Source: Candidatus Sericytochromatia bacterium
GTDB lineage: Bacteria > Cyanobacteriota > Sericytochromatia > S15B-MN24 > VGJW01
Reading direction: 5' to 3'
DNA: 64,000 bases
Assembly (NCBI GenBank): GCA_035285865.1
Contig: JAYKHS010000014.1
Coordinates: 1-64,000, forward strand
Shown: piece by piece, positions 1 to 9,450 of the stretch
How positions within the stretch are numbered: position 1 is the stretch's first letter
How the letters are laid out: each line of letters begins with the position of its first letter
Position numbers and translations under genes: made by a program
Notes under the pieces: model-generated
What the model was told of the DNA's origin: nothing
Database searches by the model: none
Seen by the model: only the letters and a program-made list of their open reading frames with translations

Positions 1-652
1 AGAAGCGCGTGTGCTCCAGACTCATGGCCACCTCCGCAAGCTCGAGAAACGACGGGAAGAGACAGCTCCGCAGGATTTGATAGTAGCCGACCCGGTCCGG
101 CTCGGGCAACGACCCGACATCCGCCAGTGCCTGCTCCAGCAAGGGCAAGTCTTCCCGGTCCCGGCAGTGCAGCAAGGCGTGGAATACCGCAGCGTGGGGT
201 TGCCCGGCAAGCTCCTCGAGCGACAGGCGCGGAAAGTCCTCGGTGCCCAGCACCAGGGGCACGATCTGACTTCCCCGGCCATTGAGGCGGATGGGTTGCC
301 TCGCCCACGCCGCCACCCTGGGGTCGGGTGCGATGACCAGCAATTCCACCGCGCATGCCCACCGCTGATGCATGGCGACCACGTATTGCGGCCAGAACCA
401 CTGCTTGTCTGGGTCCTTGGCGAGTTGGATCTCCACCACCACGACCAGCCGGGGCGAGGCCGCTTCCCCGAACATCATGACCAGATCCGCTGTTCGGTCC
501 ACCACGAGGGGCACCGAGGCAGCGGGATCCATCAGGGTGACTGGTAGTTCGGGGTCAAGTTCCGGCACGACCCGTGCGAGTGCCGATGTGAGGTGCTCGG
601 GCACGTGGCGCAGCAGCTCGATCAAGACCTCATGCAGGGCACCCGGCGACAT
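1..652 (-). CDS. Rpn/YhgA-like PD-(D/E)XK nuclease family protein (partial, runs off the window start; not in the ORF track)
   Basis: Manual translation from ATG 652: MSPGALHEVLIELLRHVPEH...DRTADLVMMF...VVVVEIQLAKDPDKQWFWPQYV...CAVELLVIAPDPRVAAWARQPI...PLVLG. Carries an AD...EIQ PD-(D/E)XK-type motif and is open to position 1. The listed + ORF 11..547 is its antisense shadow. Confidence 0.7.
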   Translation of the reverse strand, partial: MSPGALHEVLIELLRHVPEHLTSALARVVPELDPELPVTLMDPAASVPLVVDRTADLVMMFGEAASPRLVVVVEIQLAKDPDKQWFWPQYVVAMHQRWACAVELLVIAPDPRVAAWARQPIRLNGRGSQIVPLVLGTEDFPRLSLEELAGQPHAAVFHALLHCRDREDLPLLEQALADVGSLPEPDRVGYYQILRSCLFPSFLELAEVAMSLEHTRF

Positions 653-748
653 GCCTCAACGCTAGCGCAGGGGGCATGACGGTTCCATCAGCGCAGGCAT
701 CAGGACCGTCACTGTTGAACCCGGCTTCGTGGTCATCCCCAATGACAA

Positions 749-783
749 CACCCCCCGGGACGGAGGAGACGTCCCGGGGGGTG
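749..783 (-). terminator. Probable intrinsic terminator (14-bp perfect inverted repeat)
   Basis: CACCCCCCGGGACG-gaggaga-CGTCCCGGGGGGTG, just downstream of the 804 stop; the minus-strand tail TTGTCATT is U-rich. Confidence 0.7.
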
Positions 784-803
784 AAGCCTTGGCCGCCTTG
801 CGC

Positions 804-1565
804 TCAGCGCACGCCGACAGGCTGGGGAACGCGGGTCTGGGGGAACACCGGTCCGCCCCATACCGGTGGGTCCGACTGGCGGGGGTCATTGTTCGGATCA
901 CTGGGTGCCTGCTGGGGCACGTCCGGAACGGCACTGCCCTGTGCTGATTCCAGGATGGAGGCGATCTGCTTCAGGTCGTGGCGCCGGTTGGCCGCGTCGG
1001 ATGCACCCTTGATGCCGCCGGCGATACCGGCCACCACGGCACCCACGGCCACGACTGCACCGATGATCTTGAGTGCAGGCACGCCCATTGCACTCACGGA
1101 CTGGCCCACGCTGGCACTCGACACACCCTTGTAGAGGGCGTAGCCCGTACCCGCCGTCAGCGTCACGGCGGTGCCAACGCCGACCTGCCCGATGATGGTC
1201 CGCGACGCGTCAACCGTGGCTCCGGCAGCACCCGAAAGCCCTACCTTGGCACCCGACATGAAACCTTCCACGAGGCTCGTCGGCTGGTTGTCAAAGGCCG
1301 CCATCAGGTAGGTCTCGCCGTTGACGATGACCTGCGGCACGCGGTCCCGCTTCTCGAAGCTGAAGTCCAGGCGGTCGCCATAGACGACGATCCGTTCCTT
1401 GCGGTCCATGGACTCGAGGAAATACTTCTTGTAGCCGTCGGTGGCCGTCGCGGCGACCGCCTGCGACACGTTGATGTCGCGACGGATCCGGCCGATCCCC
1501 TGGTAGGCAACCTGCCTGCCGTTGACCAACAGGATGTCCGAACCATCCCCGGCGATGCGACCCAT
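804..1565 (-). CDS. Hypothetical membrane protein with Gly/Ala-rich hydrophobic segments
   Basis: RBS CAGGAGGGG before ATG 1565; hydrophobic segments GVGTAVTLTAGTGYALY and IIGAVVAVGAVVAGIAGG; Pro-rich tail. Confidence 0.75.
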   Translation of the reverse strand: MGRIAGDGSDILLVNGRQVAYQGIGRIRRDINVSQAVAATATDGYKKYFLESMDRKERIVVYGDRLDFSFEKRDRVPQVIVNGETYLMAAFDNQPTSLVEGFMSGAKVGLSGAAGATVDASRTIIGQVGVGTAVTLTAGTGYALYKGVSSASVGQSVSAMGVPALKIIGAVVAVGAVVAGIAGGIKGASDAANRRHDLKQIASILESAQGSAVPDVPQQAPSDPNNDPRQSDPPVWGGPVFPQTRVPQPVGVR

Positions 1566-1664
1566 CGATGTCCCCTCCTGCACACAAGCGGTGTGCCTGA
1601 GGTTCTATCGCCGCTTCTCCGACCCGGTCGGTTCAGTCGGGGTTAAGAGATGACGGAGGGATGC

Positions 1665-3872
1665 TTAATTTTGCAAGTTCATCCGGGTCAGACGCGTCGC
1701 GTTGAGCACGACCGTCAGCGAACTGGCCGCCATGGCCGCCGCCGCCCACATCGGGTCCAGCCACAGCCCCCACGGCCGCAGCATGCCGGCGGCCAAGGGC
1801 AGCATCACGACGTTGTAGCCCATCGCCCACCCGAGGTTCTGCACCATCACGGCACGCGTCCTGCGACCCAGGCGCACCAAGGCCGCGAGGCGCAACAGGT
1901 CGGGCTCGAGGAGGGTCACGGGGGCGGCCGCCCGACTGCCCGCGCTGCCCTGACCCATCGCGATGCCGACGTCGGCTTGGGCAAGGGCAGCGGCATCGTT
2001 CAGGCCATCGCCCACCATCGCCACCACCCGACCCTCTTGTTGCCACGCCGCGATCGCTTCCACCTTGCCCTCGGGCCGGACGCCCGCGCGCACGGTCCGG
2101 ATGCCCAGCCGGTCGGCTACCCCTCGGGCTGCCGCCGCGCGATCTCCCGTCACCATCGCCACCTCGAGGCCGAGCGCAGCCAGTGCCTCCACCGCCGCTT
2201 CGGCATGCGGCCTCGTCTGATCGGCGAGCGTCAGCGTGCCGGCGAGCACGCCATTCACAGCCACCCACGCCACGCTGCCGTCGCCGCCCGCCGTCTCTTC
2301 ATCAAGCCCCGTGACACCGCGCGCGGCGAGGAAGGTCCGCTGGCCCACCTCCACCCGACGGCCGGCCACCGTGGCTTCGATGCCGTCTCCGGCGTAGCCT
2401 CGAAAGTCCGTGACAGGACCTGGCAGCGGCCGCTCCGGCCACGCCGCGACGATCGCGCGGGCGAGGGGATGTTCGCTGCCCTCCTCGGCTGCTGCAGCAA
2501 GGGCCAGCCAGTCTTCCGCAGGCGTGCCCGAGGCTGCGCGGGCCTCCGTCACCTCGGGCCGTCCCTCAGTCAGGGTCCCGGTCTTGTCGAGCACGATCAT
2601 GTCGAGGTCCCGCACGCGCTCGAGCGCCGCGGCATCCCGCACCAGCAGGCCTTCCCGCGCCGCGCGACCGCTGGCCGCCGCGATGGCCAGCGGCACCGCG
2701 AGGCCAAGGGCGCACGGACACGCGACCGTCAGCACGGCCACGGCCGAAACCAGGGCCGTCACCAGGCCGCCTCCGGGCAGGAAGAGCCACGCCAAGCCCG
2801 TCAGGGCCGACATGAGCAGCACGGAGGGCACGAATCTGGCGACGACGCGGTCGGCGAGGCGCTGGGCCTCGGTCCTTCCGGCCATGACCTCCTCGAGCGT
2901 CCGCGCCATCCTTGCCAGCAGCGTGTTTTCGCCGGCCTCGCCCACCGCGACCAGGCAAGCGCCGTGGTGGTTCATGGCGCCTGCGTGCACCCGTTCGCCG
3001 ACGGCCCGTCGCACCGGCTGGCTCTCTCCGGTCAGGAAGGCCTCGTCGAACCAGCCTTCGCCTTCTTCCACGACGCCGTCGCACGGCACGAGGTCTCCCG
3101 GCCGGATGCGCACGCGCTGACCGGGCTCCAGGCTGGCGGCGGCGACCCGTCGCTCCTCGCCGTCGGTCGCGACCACTTGGGCCGTCTCGGGGCGAATCGA
3201 CAGGATCTCCCGCGCGGCTCCCGTCGCGTCTCGGCGGACCCGACCTTCGAGCGCCCGGCCGAGCAGCACGAAGAACAGGATCACCCCCACCGCGTCGAAG
3301 AACCCATGCGGGTGTGCACCGGCCGCACGGAACTGGTCCGGGACCATCACCGTGGCGGTGCTGTAGAGCCAGGTGGCCACGGTGCCGAGCGCCACCAGCG
3401 TCTCCATGGAGGTCCGACGGTGCCGCAGCCCTGCCCAGGCCTTGGCCATGACGGGACCGCCGGGGCCGGCCATCGCGACCAGACCCAGCACGGACAGAAG
3501 GCGGCCGTCCTGCAGCACGCTCGGCCAGAACGGAAACATCTCCGGCATGCCGCCCAGCAGCAACGCCAGAGCCAGCAGGCCTGATGCCCAGAGTCGGCTC
3601 GTGTCATCGCTGCCGGCTTCCGCGCGCGGAACTGGCGCAACCGCCGCGCCGGGCGGCGGGGCAAAGCCTTCGAAGCCGGCATCGCGGACGTGACCTGCGA
3701 GGGCCTCGGGCCCCGTGAGGTCCGCATCGTAGCGGACGGTGGCCTGATGGCTGACGAGGTCGACCCGCGCTTCGAGGACCCCGGTCGACCCCTCGAGCGT
3801 CCGCGTGACGGCAGAGGCGCATGACGCGCACGTCATGCCGCCGATGCCGAGGCGGACCGTCTGCTCGTTCAC
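1665..3872 (-). CDS. copA: Copper-translocating P1B-type ATPase
   Basis: N-terminal GMTCASC; TGES, CPC, DKTGT, HP, GDGLND, YN and MAASS motifs; GTG start overlaps the copZ stop. Confidence 0.93.
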   Translation of the reverse strand: MNEQTVRLGIGGMTCASCASAVTRTLEGSTGVLEARVDLVSHQATVRYDADLTGPEALAGHVRDAGFEGFAPPPGAAVAPVPRAEAGSDDTSRLWASGLLALALLLGGMPEMFPFWPSVLQDGRLLSVLGLVAMAGPGGPVMAKAWAGLRHRRTSMETLVALGTVATWLYSTATVMVPDQFRAAGAHPHGFFDAVGVILFFVLLGRALEGRVRRDATGAAREILSIRPETAQVVATDGEERRVAAASLEPGQRVRIRPGDLVPCDGVVEEGEGWFDEAFLTGESQPVRRAVGERVHAGAMNHHGACLVAVGEAGENTLLARMARTLEEVMAGRTEAQRLADRVVARFVPSVLLMSALTGLAWLFLPGGGLVTALVSAVAVLTVACPCALGLAVPLAIAAASGRAAREGLLVRDAAALERVRDLDMIVLDKTGTLTEGRPEVTEARAASGTPAEDWLALAAAAEEGSEHPLARAIVAAWPERPLPGPVTDFRGYAGDGIEATVAGRRVEVGQRTFLAARGVTGLDEETAGGDGSVAWVAVNGVLAGTLTLADQTRPHAEAAVEALAALGLEVAMVTGDRAAAARGVADRLGIRTVRAGVRPEGKVEAIAAWQQEGRVVAMVGDGLNDAAALAQADVGIAMGQGSAGSRAAAPVTLLEPDLLRLAALVRLGRRTRAVMVQNLGWAMGYNVVMLPLAAGMLRPWGLWLDPMWAAAAMAASSLTVVLNATRLTRMNLQN

Positions 3873-4090
3873 GCCGTCTGTCGCACCGATGCGCCGTAGC
3901 CGGCCCGGACGACCCGTTCCTGCAGTTGCTCGGGCGTGGTGGTCTCGGGGTCGAACTGCAGCGTGGCCACGGGCGGCTCCAGCGTGACCGAGGCTTCGGC
4001 GACGCCTGCGGTGCCGGACAGCACTTTGGTGAGTCGGTTGACGCAGCCCTGGCAGGTCATGCCGGAGACGTCGAAGGCGATGCTGGACAT
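3869..4090 (-). CDS. copZ: Heavy-metal chaperone (HMA domain)
   Basis: 73 aa, GMTCQGC motif, directly upstream of copA. Confidence 0.9.
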   Translation of the reverse strand: MSSIAFDVSGMTCQGCVNRLTKVLSGTAGVAEASVTLEPPVATLQFDPETTTPEQLQERVVRAGYGASVRQTA

Positions 4091-4107
4091 GGAGAAACCT
4101 CTGTCGG

Positions 4108-4851
4108 TCAGGACGGGATGCCGACCCCGGGATGGTCCCGGCGGCATCGCCACTTGAAGTCACAATTCGAACATGCCTCGCCCGGTCTCGGGGCAAGGGT
4201 CTCGTCTGTCTCGATGGCCGCAGCCGTGTCATGGGCCCGCTCCAGAAGCTCGGTGAGTCTTCCGGGGGCGAGCGGAATGTCGAGGCGCACGTCATCGGCC
4301 AGATAATGGACGCGATGGGCCACCGGGGCCTCGTCGAGGTGGTGTGCCACCAGGTGGTGGTAGATGGCCAGTTGCTGTTCCAGCGTGGCCGACGGACGCT
4401 CGGGCGCCCTGCCCGACTTGTAGTCCAGGATGACGAGGCCGTCCGCCTGTCGGTCGACGCGATCGAGGATGCCGAGGAAGGTTCGCTCCCGGTAGGGTGC
4501 CGTCAGGCGCTTCTCCAGCAGGACGGGCACGGTGGCCTCGCCGCCCCACCGTTCGTGGTACCTGGCGAGCAGCCCGCGCGCCTCGACCATGGCCTCGCGT
4601 GCGGCCTCCGGCGAGGCATATCCTGCCGACGACCAATGGGTTTCCAGGTGTTGCACGGTCGCCGCGGCATCGAGGGCGGTCGCTCCCCCCGAGCCATGCA
4701 GGTGGTGCAGCGTGCGGTGCAAGTTGGCCCCGAAGGTCGCACGGGCGCCAGGCGGGGTGCGGATGCCCAGCACGTAGCGGTAGCGGTATTGCGCCGGACA
4801 CGCCTGGAAGACCGCCAGGCGGGAAGGAGAGTAGGTCCGTTGACGCGGCAT
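4108..4851 (-). CDS. RecB/Cas4-like PD-(D/E)XK nuclease with predicted Fe-S cysteines
   Basis: YSPSRL..F..CP, GILDRVD, ILDYKSG, QLAIY, C-terminal CSNCDFKWRC. Confidence 0.85.
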   Translation of the reverse strand: MPRQRTYSPSRLAVFQACPAQYRYRYVLGIRTPPGARATFGANLHRTLHHLHGSGGATALDAAATVQHLETHWSSAGYASPEAAREAMVEARGLLARYHERWGGEATVPVLLEKRLTAPYRERTFLGILDRVDRQADGLVILDYKSGRAPERPSATLEQQLAIYHHLVAHHLDEAPVAHRVHYLADDVRLDIPLAPGRLTELLERAHDTAAAIETDETLAPRPGEACSNCDFKWRCRRDHPGVGIPS

Positions 4852-4870
4852 TTCGAGGAGATCCTCCTCC

Positions 4871-4878
4871 AGTATAAT
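4871..4878. promoter_or_regulatory. Overlapping divergent -10 elements (TATAAT on +, TATACT on -)
   Basis: AGTATAAT lies in the 46-bp gap between divergent genes at 4851 and 4898. Confidence 0.55.
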
Positions 4879-4897
4879 GAAGCGTCTGGAGGCCCCG

Positions 4898-5911
4898 ATG
4901 GCGGATGTGGCGCAGGTGCGAGGCGTGACACCGCGGATTGCGCTGGTCGGCGCCGGGCACTGGGGCCGGAATTGGGCCCGTACCCTGGCGGGCCTGGGTG
5001 CGCTGGCGGGCGTCTGGGACGAGGACGCAGCCCGCGCCCGAAGCGTGGCGGAGCCCCTGGGCGTTCCCCACGGCGGTGGTCTGGCAGAGCTGCTGGACGG
5101 GCCAGCCATCGATGGTGTGGTCCTGGCGACGCCTGTTCCGCTGCATGTCGCGCACGGCCTCGCGGTGCTTGGGGCCGGCAAGCATGTGCTGGTCGAAAAG
5201 CCGCTCGCGCTCGATGCCGCGGGAGCCGAGGCCCTGGTGCGCATGGCCGTTGCCCGGGGCCTGCAACTGGCCGTGGGGCACGTGCTCGAGTACCACGCTG
5301 GCGTGGTGGCCCTCGGGGAGGCGGTGCGCGGCGGCCTGATCGGGCCTGTCCGCCACGTCCGGGCGCGTCGCCTGAACCTCGGTAAGGTACGCACGGCAGA
5401 GGACGTGTGGTGGAGCCTGGCACCCCACGACGTGGCCATGGTGCTGGGGTTGATGGCCGAAGCCCCCGAGACCGTGACGGCTCACGGTCTCCACCACCTG
5501 GGCACGCCCCGGGCGGATGAAGTCCATGCGTGGCTGGGCTTCACGGGCGGACGCACCGCGCACATCCACGTCGGCTGGCTCGAGCCCGAAAAGGTCCAGG
5601 AGTGCCTCGTCATCGGGCACGACGGCATGCTGCGCTTCATCGACGGCCCGGATGGCGGCCGTGTGCTGCTGCAGCGCCGTGGCGTGCGCTGGGTCGATGG
5701 CCAGCCCGAGGTCCACGATGATGGCGAGGAGCGTCTCCCCTTCGTGAGCGTGCCTCCCCTCGAAGCGCAGGCGCGGGCTTTCCTCGAGGCCGTCTCGTCG
5801 GGGAGACCCGTTCTTGCGGACGGCCTCGCCGGCCTTGCCGTCGTGCGCGTGCTCGAAGAGGTCGCGACCCGGATGCTGCACCGCGTGCACGCAGGAGGCC
5901 AAGCCGTATGA
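4898..5911 (+). CDS. Gfo/Idh/MocA oxidoreductase (WbpB/WlbA-like sugar 3-dehydrogenase)
   Basis: GAGHWG Rossmann motif, VEKP motif, RBS GGAGG; first gene of a nucleotide-sugar operon. Confidence 0.85.
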   Translation: MADVAQVRGVTPRIALVGAGHWGRNWARTLAGLGALAGVWDEDAARARSVAEPLGVPHGGGLAELLDGPAIDGVVLATPVPLHVAHGLAVLGAGKHVLVEKPLALDAAGAEALVRMAVARGLQLAVGHVLEYHAGVVALGEAVRGGLIGPVRHVRARRLNLGKVRTAEDVWWSLAPHDVAMVLGLMAEAPETVTAHGLHHLGTPRADEVHAWLGFTGGRTAHIHVGWLEPEKVQECLVIGHDGMLRFIDGPDGGRVLLQRRGVRWVDGQPEVHDDGEERLPFVSVPPLEAQARAFLEAVSSGRPVLADGLAGLAVVRVLEEVATRMLHRVHAGGQAV

Positions 5912-6507
5912 GTCACCCGGACGTCTTCGTGCATCCTTCGAGCTATGTCGACGAGCCCTGCGTCATCGGCGCGGGCACGCGCATCTGGCACTTCAGCCAT
6001 GTCATGCGCGACTGCGTCATCGGCGAGGGCTGCAACATCGGCCAGAATGTCGTCATCAGCCCCGGCGTGCGCATCGGGCGCAACGTGAAGATCCAGAACA
6101 ACGTCTCGGTCTACACCGGTGTGATCCTCGAGGACGACGTGTTCTGCGGTCCGTCGATGGTCTTCACCAACGTCGTGACCCCACGGTCCCACGTGCGGCG
6201 CAACGATCCCGACAAAGATTACGCCCCGACCCGGGTCGGCCGGGGGGCGACGCTGGGAGCCAACTGCACGATCGTGTGCGGGCACGCCGTCGGGGCTTAC
6301 GCCTTTGTCGCGGCCGGCGCCGTCGTGACCCGGGACGTGCCCGACCATGCCCTCGTGATGGGCAATCCGGCACGCCAGCGCGGGTGGGCGTGTGCTTGTG
6401 GCGTGCGCCTCGTGGCGGCAGGATCCGCGGCGTGGACGTGTTCCGAGTGCGCTGCCCGGTATGTGGAGGGGCCGACCGGTCTCGTCCGGGGGGAGGAAGA
6501 CGCATGA
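5908..6507 (+). CDS. Hexapeptide N-acetyltransferase (WbpD/WlbB-like)
   Basis: IWHFSHV, CNIGQNV, KIQNNVSVY, GPSMVFTNV, GNPAR, C-terminal CxCG...CxxC. Confidence 0.9.
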   Translation: MSHPDVFVHPSSYVDEPCVIGAGTRIWHFSHVMRDCVIGEGCNIGQNVVISPGVRIGRNVKIQNNVSVYTGVILEDDVFCGPSMVFTNVVTPRSHVRRNDPDKDYAPTRVGRGATLGANCTIVCGHAVGAYAFVAAGAVVTRDVPDHALVMGNPARQRGWACACGVRLVAAGSAAWTCSECAARYVEGPTGLVRGEEDA

Positions 6508-7640
6508 ACCCGCTCGCCATCTGTGACATGAAGCGGCAGGTCGCCGCGCTCGAACCGGCGCTCACGGATGCCGTCCGTGAGGTCCTGGCGAGCGGCTATT
6601 TCATCATGGGCCCCAACGTCAAGGCCTTCGAGCAGGAGTTCGCCGCGGCCCTCGGCAGCGCACATGGCATCGCCTGCAACTCGGGTACGGACGCGCTGCA
6701 TCTGGCGCTTCGGGCCCTTGGGATCGGTCCCGGCGACGAGGTCATCACGACCGCCTTCACCTTCGCGGCGACCAGCGAGGCCATCGGCATCGTGGGTGCG
6801 ACGCCCGTGCTCGTGGACATCGACCCCGTCACCTATGCCATGAATCTGGATCAGGTGGCCCGCGCCATCGGCCCCCGGACCCGGGTGCTGCTGCCGGTCC
6901 ACCTCTACGGCCAGCCCGTGCCGATGGGGGGCCTGCTGGAACTGGCCCGGACGCACGGACTGCACGTCGTCGAGGACTGTGCACAAGCGACCGGCGCCCG
7001 CGTCGGCGACCGCCATGTCGGGACGCTGGGGACCATCGGATGCTTCAGTTTCTTTCCGACCAAGAACCTCGGGGCACCCGGGGACGGCGGCATGTGCCTG
7101 ACGGATGATCCGGCGCTGGCCGAGACGCTCCGGATGCTGCGCAGCCATGGCTGGAAGCGCAAGTACTATCAGGAGCTGCTGGGCATCAACTCGCGCCTCG
7201 ACGAGGTCCACGCGGCCATCCTGCGCATCAAGCTGCCGCACCTCGAGGCGTGGAACAGCCGTCGCCGGGAGTTGGCCGACCGCTACGACCGCTTGCTTGC
7301 CGACGTCGCCGAGGTCGGTCTTCCTGGCCGGATCCCGGGCACCACGCCCGTGTTTCACCAGTACACCGTCCGGGTGCCCGAGCGGGATGCCGTGGCCGCT
7401 TTCCTGAAAGCCGAGGGCATCGAGACCCAGGTCTACTACCCCTATCCGCTGCACCTGCTGCCCATCCATGTCGCCATGGGCCTCGAACCGGGCAGCCTGC
7501 CCGAGGCCGAGCGCGCTTGCCACGAGGTGCTCTCGCTGCCGATGTTTCCCGAACTGCTCGATGGCGAGGTCGATCGCGTCGTGGATGCTTTGCGCCGGGC
7601 GCTGGCCTCGCTGCGCCCCGCCGAGGCCGGCCGGGCGTGA
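6504..7640 (+). CDS. DegT/DnrJ/EryC1/StrS aminotransferase (WbpE-like)
   Basis: NSGTDAL, VHLYGQ, EDCAQA, SFFPTKNLG; ATGA overlap with the upstream gene. Confidence 0.9.
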   Translation: MNPLAICDMKRQVAALEPALTDAVREVLASGYFIMGPNVKAFEQEFAAALGSAHGIACNSGTDALHLALRALGIGPGDEVITTAFTFAATSEAIGIVGATPVLVDIDPVTYAMNLDQVARAIGPRTRVLLPVHLYGQPVPMGGLLELARTHGLHVVEDCAQATGARVGDRHVGTLGTIGCFSFFPTKNLGAPGDGGMCLTDDPALAETLRMLRSHGWKRKYYQELLGINSRLDEVHAAILRIKLPHLEAWNSRRRELADRYDRLLADVAEVGLPGRIPGTTPVFHQYTVRVPERDAVAAFLKAEGIETQVYYPYPLHLLPIHVAMGLEPGSLPEAERACHEVLSLPMFPELLDGEVDRVVDALRRALASLRPAEAGRA

Positions 7641-8728
7641 AGAAGGTCGTCACGGTCGTGGGCGCGCGGCCCCAGTTCATCAAGGCCGCGCCCGTCCGCC
7701 GTGCCCTGTCGGGTGTCTTCCGGGAAGTGCTCGTCCATACGGGCCAGCACCACGATCCCGGCATGTCGGATGTCTTCTTCGCCCAACTCGGTCTAGGGCA
7801 ACCCGAGCACCATCTCGGAGTCGGTTCCGGGACCCACGGCCGCCAGATCGGACGGATGCTGGGCGCCCTCGAGGACGTGTTCGAGCAGGAGCGCCCGGAT
7901 GCCGTGATGGTCTACGGCGATACCAACAGCACGCTCGCCGGGGCCCTGGTGGCGACTCGGATGCAGGTTCCCGTGGTCCACGTCGAGGCAGGGGTGCGCA
8001 GCTTCAATTGGGCGATGCCCGAGGAGCAGAATCGGGTCTTGGTGGACCGCATGGCCGACCTGCTGCTGGTGCCCACTTTGTCCGCCTCGGATCAGTTGCG
8101 CCGCGAAGCGGTGCGCGGCCACGTCGTCTGGATCGGCGACGTGATGCTCGATGCCTTGCGGTATGTCCGCGCGGGTCTCCAGCCGGAATCGGCGTGGCCT
8201 GTCGTGCCGGGCCAGCGCCTGGTCGTGACCTTGCACCGCGCCGAGAATGTCGATGACCCCGAAAGGCTGGAAGCCCTCGTCGCCGCCATCGAAGTTCTGA
8301 TCCGGCAAGGCTGGTTCGTGGTCTGGCCCGTGCATCCGCGCGTCCGGGCGCGGACCGCCGGGACGCCGCTGGCCGGGCGTCTGGACGCCGTGGTCCGCGA
8401 GCCGATGGACTACATGGCCATGATGGCCCTGGTGGCCGGGGCCGATGCGGTGGTCACGGACTCGGGTGGCCTCCAGAAGGAAGCCGCCTACCTCGAGGTG
8501 CCGTGCGTGACGCTCAGGACCGAGACCGAATGGACGGAGACGGTGTCCATGGGCCTCAATCGCCTCGTTCCCCCGGATGCCCCCGAGCCTCTCGCCGAGC
8601 GGTTGGGAGGAGTCCTTGCCGAACTGCCTGCTCGGGATGCGCTGCCGTGGGGGAGCTATGCGATGGCGGCGGGGGACGGCAAGGCCGCGCTCCGACTGGT
8701 CGCGGCGCTGCAGGAGTTTCTCGGGTGA
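7637..8728 (+). CDS. Non-hydrolysing UDP-GlcNAc(3NAcA) 2-epimerase (WecB/WbpI-like)
   Basis: VGARPQFIK, HTGQH, GDTNST, HVEAG, PEEQNR, TDSGGLQKEA; GTG start. Confidence 0.9.
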   Translation: MKKVVTVVGARPQFIKAAPVRRALSGVFREVLVHTGQHHDPGMSDVFFAQLGLGQPEHHLGVGSGTHGRQIGRMLGALEDVFEQERPDAVMVYGDTNSTLAGALVATRMQVPVVHVEAGVRSFNWAMPEEQNRVLVDRMADLLLVPTLSASDQLRREAVRGHVVWIGDVMLDALRYVRAGLQPESAWPVVPGQRLVVTLHRAENVDDPERLEALVAAIEVLIRQGWFVVWPVHPRVRARTAGTPLAGRLDAVVREPMDYMAMMALVAGADAVVTDSGGLQKEAAYLEVPCVTLRTETEWTETVSMGLNRLVPPDAPEPLAERLGGVLAELPARDALPWGSYAMAAGDGKAALRLVAALQEFLG

Positions 8729-9450
8729 CGGGCAGGCACGGTGGCTTCCTCGACGAGACCGCCCGTGCCGCCGAGGCCGGCCGGATTGCGGAAGCCTACG
8801 CGGCGCGGGTCGGCCTCGAAGGTCTCTATGCGGATGATGCGCCCGATCAGCGCCTGAGAACGGCCGAGCGCACGGCCTTGCTTGCGGCGGGGCTTGCCCA
8901 ACGCGGTCTGGGACCGGGCCGGAGGGTCCTCGAGATCGGCTGCGGCACGGGGCGAGAACTGGCTCGCTTCGTGGAGTCGGGGTGGTCGGAGGCGGATCTC
9001 GCCGGGGTCGACTTGCTTGGGGACCGTGTGGCCGAGGCCCGCCTGCGCCTGCCCGGCGCTGACCTGCGCATCGGGGACGCTGCGGCCCTGCCATGGGAAG
9101 ACGGCTGCTTCGCCGTGGTGGGCCAGTGGACGGTCATGAGCAGCGTGCTGGACGACCGGATGCGTGCGGCCATCCTGGCGGAGGCGTGGCGCGTCCTCGA
9201 ACCGGGAGGGTGGCTGGTGTCGTACGACATGCGCCGGGTCCGCCCGGATCGTCCCCTGCGTCCGTGGACCGCTGCGATGCTGCGCACGCTCCTGCCTGAG
9301 GCGTGCGAGATGGAGGGCCACCGCCTGTCGCTGCTGCCTCCGTTGGCGCGCCGTGTGGCCCGATGGCCGGGCCTGCACGATGCGCTCGCCCGGGTGCCGT
9401 TCCTGCAGGGTCATGAATTGGTATGGGCGCGCAAGCCGGAGCGGTCGTGA
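8725..9450 (+). CDS. Class I SAM-dependent methyltransferase
   Basis: VLEIGCGTG, GDAAALPW, RVLEPGG; GTGA overlap. Confidence 0.85.
   Translation: MTGRHGGFLDETARAAEAGRIAEAYAARVGLEGLYADDAPDQRLRTAERTALLAAGLAQRGLGPGRRVLEIGCGTGRELARFVESGWSEADLAGVDLLGDRVAEARLRLPGADLRIGDAAALPWEDGCFAVVGQWTVMSSVLDDRMRAAILAEAWRVLEPGGWLVSYDMRRVRPDRPLRPWTAAMLRTLLPEACEMEGHRLSLLPPLARRVARWPGLHDALARVPFLQGHELVWARKPERS

Noticed and set aside
1650..3584. Long antisense ORFs (also 10388..12337, 26870..29428, 45960..48245, 58219..60630)
   Set aside because: Typical high-GC shadow frames opposite genes with clear motifs; no recognisable domains.
4108..4851. CRISPR-Cas locus suggested by the Cas4-like gene
   Set aside because: No repeat-spacer array or other cas genes were seen in the window.
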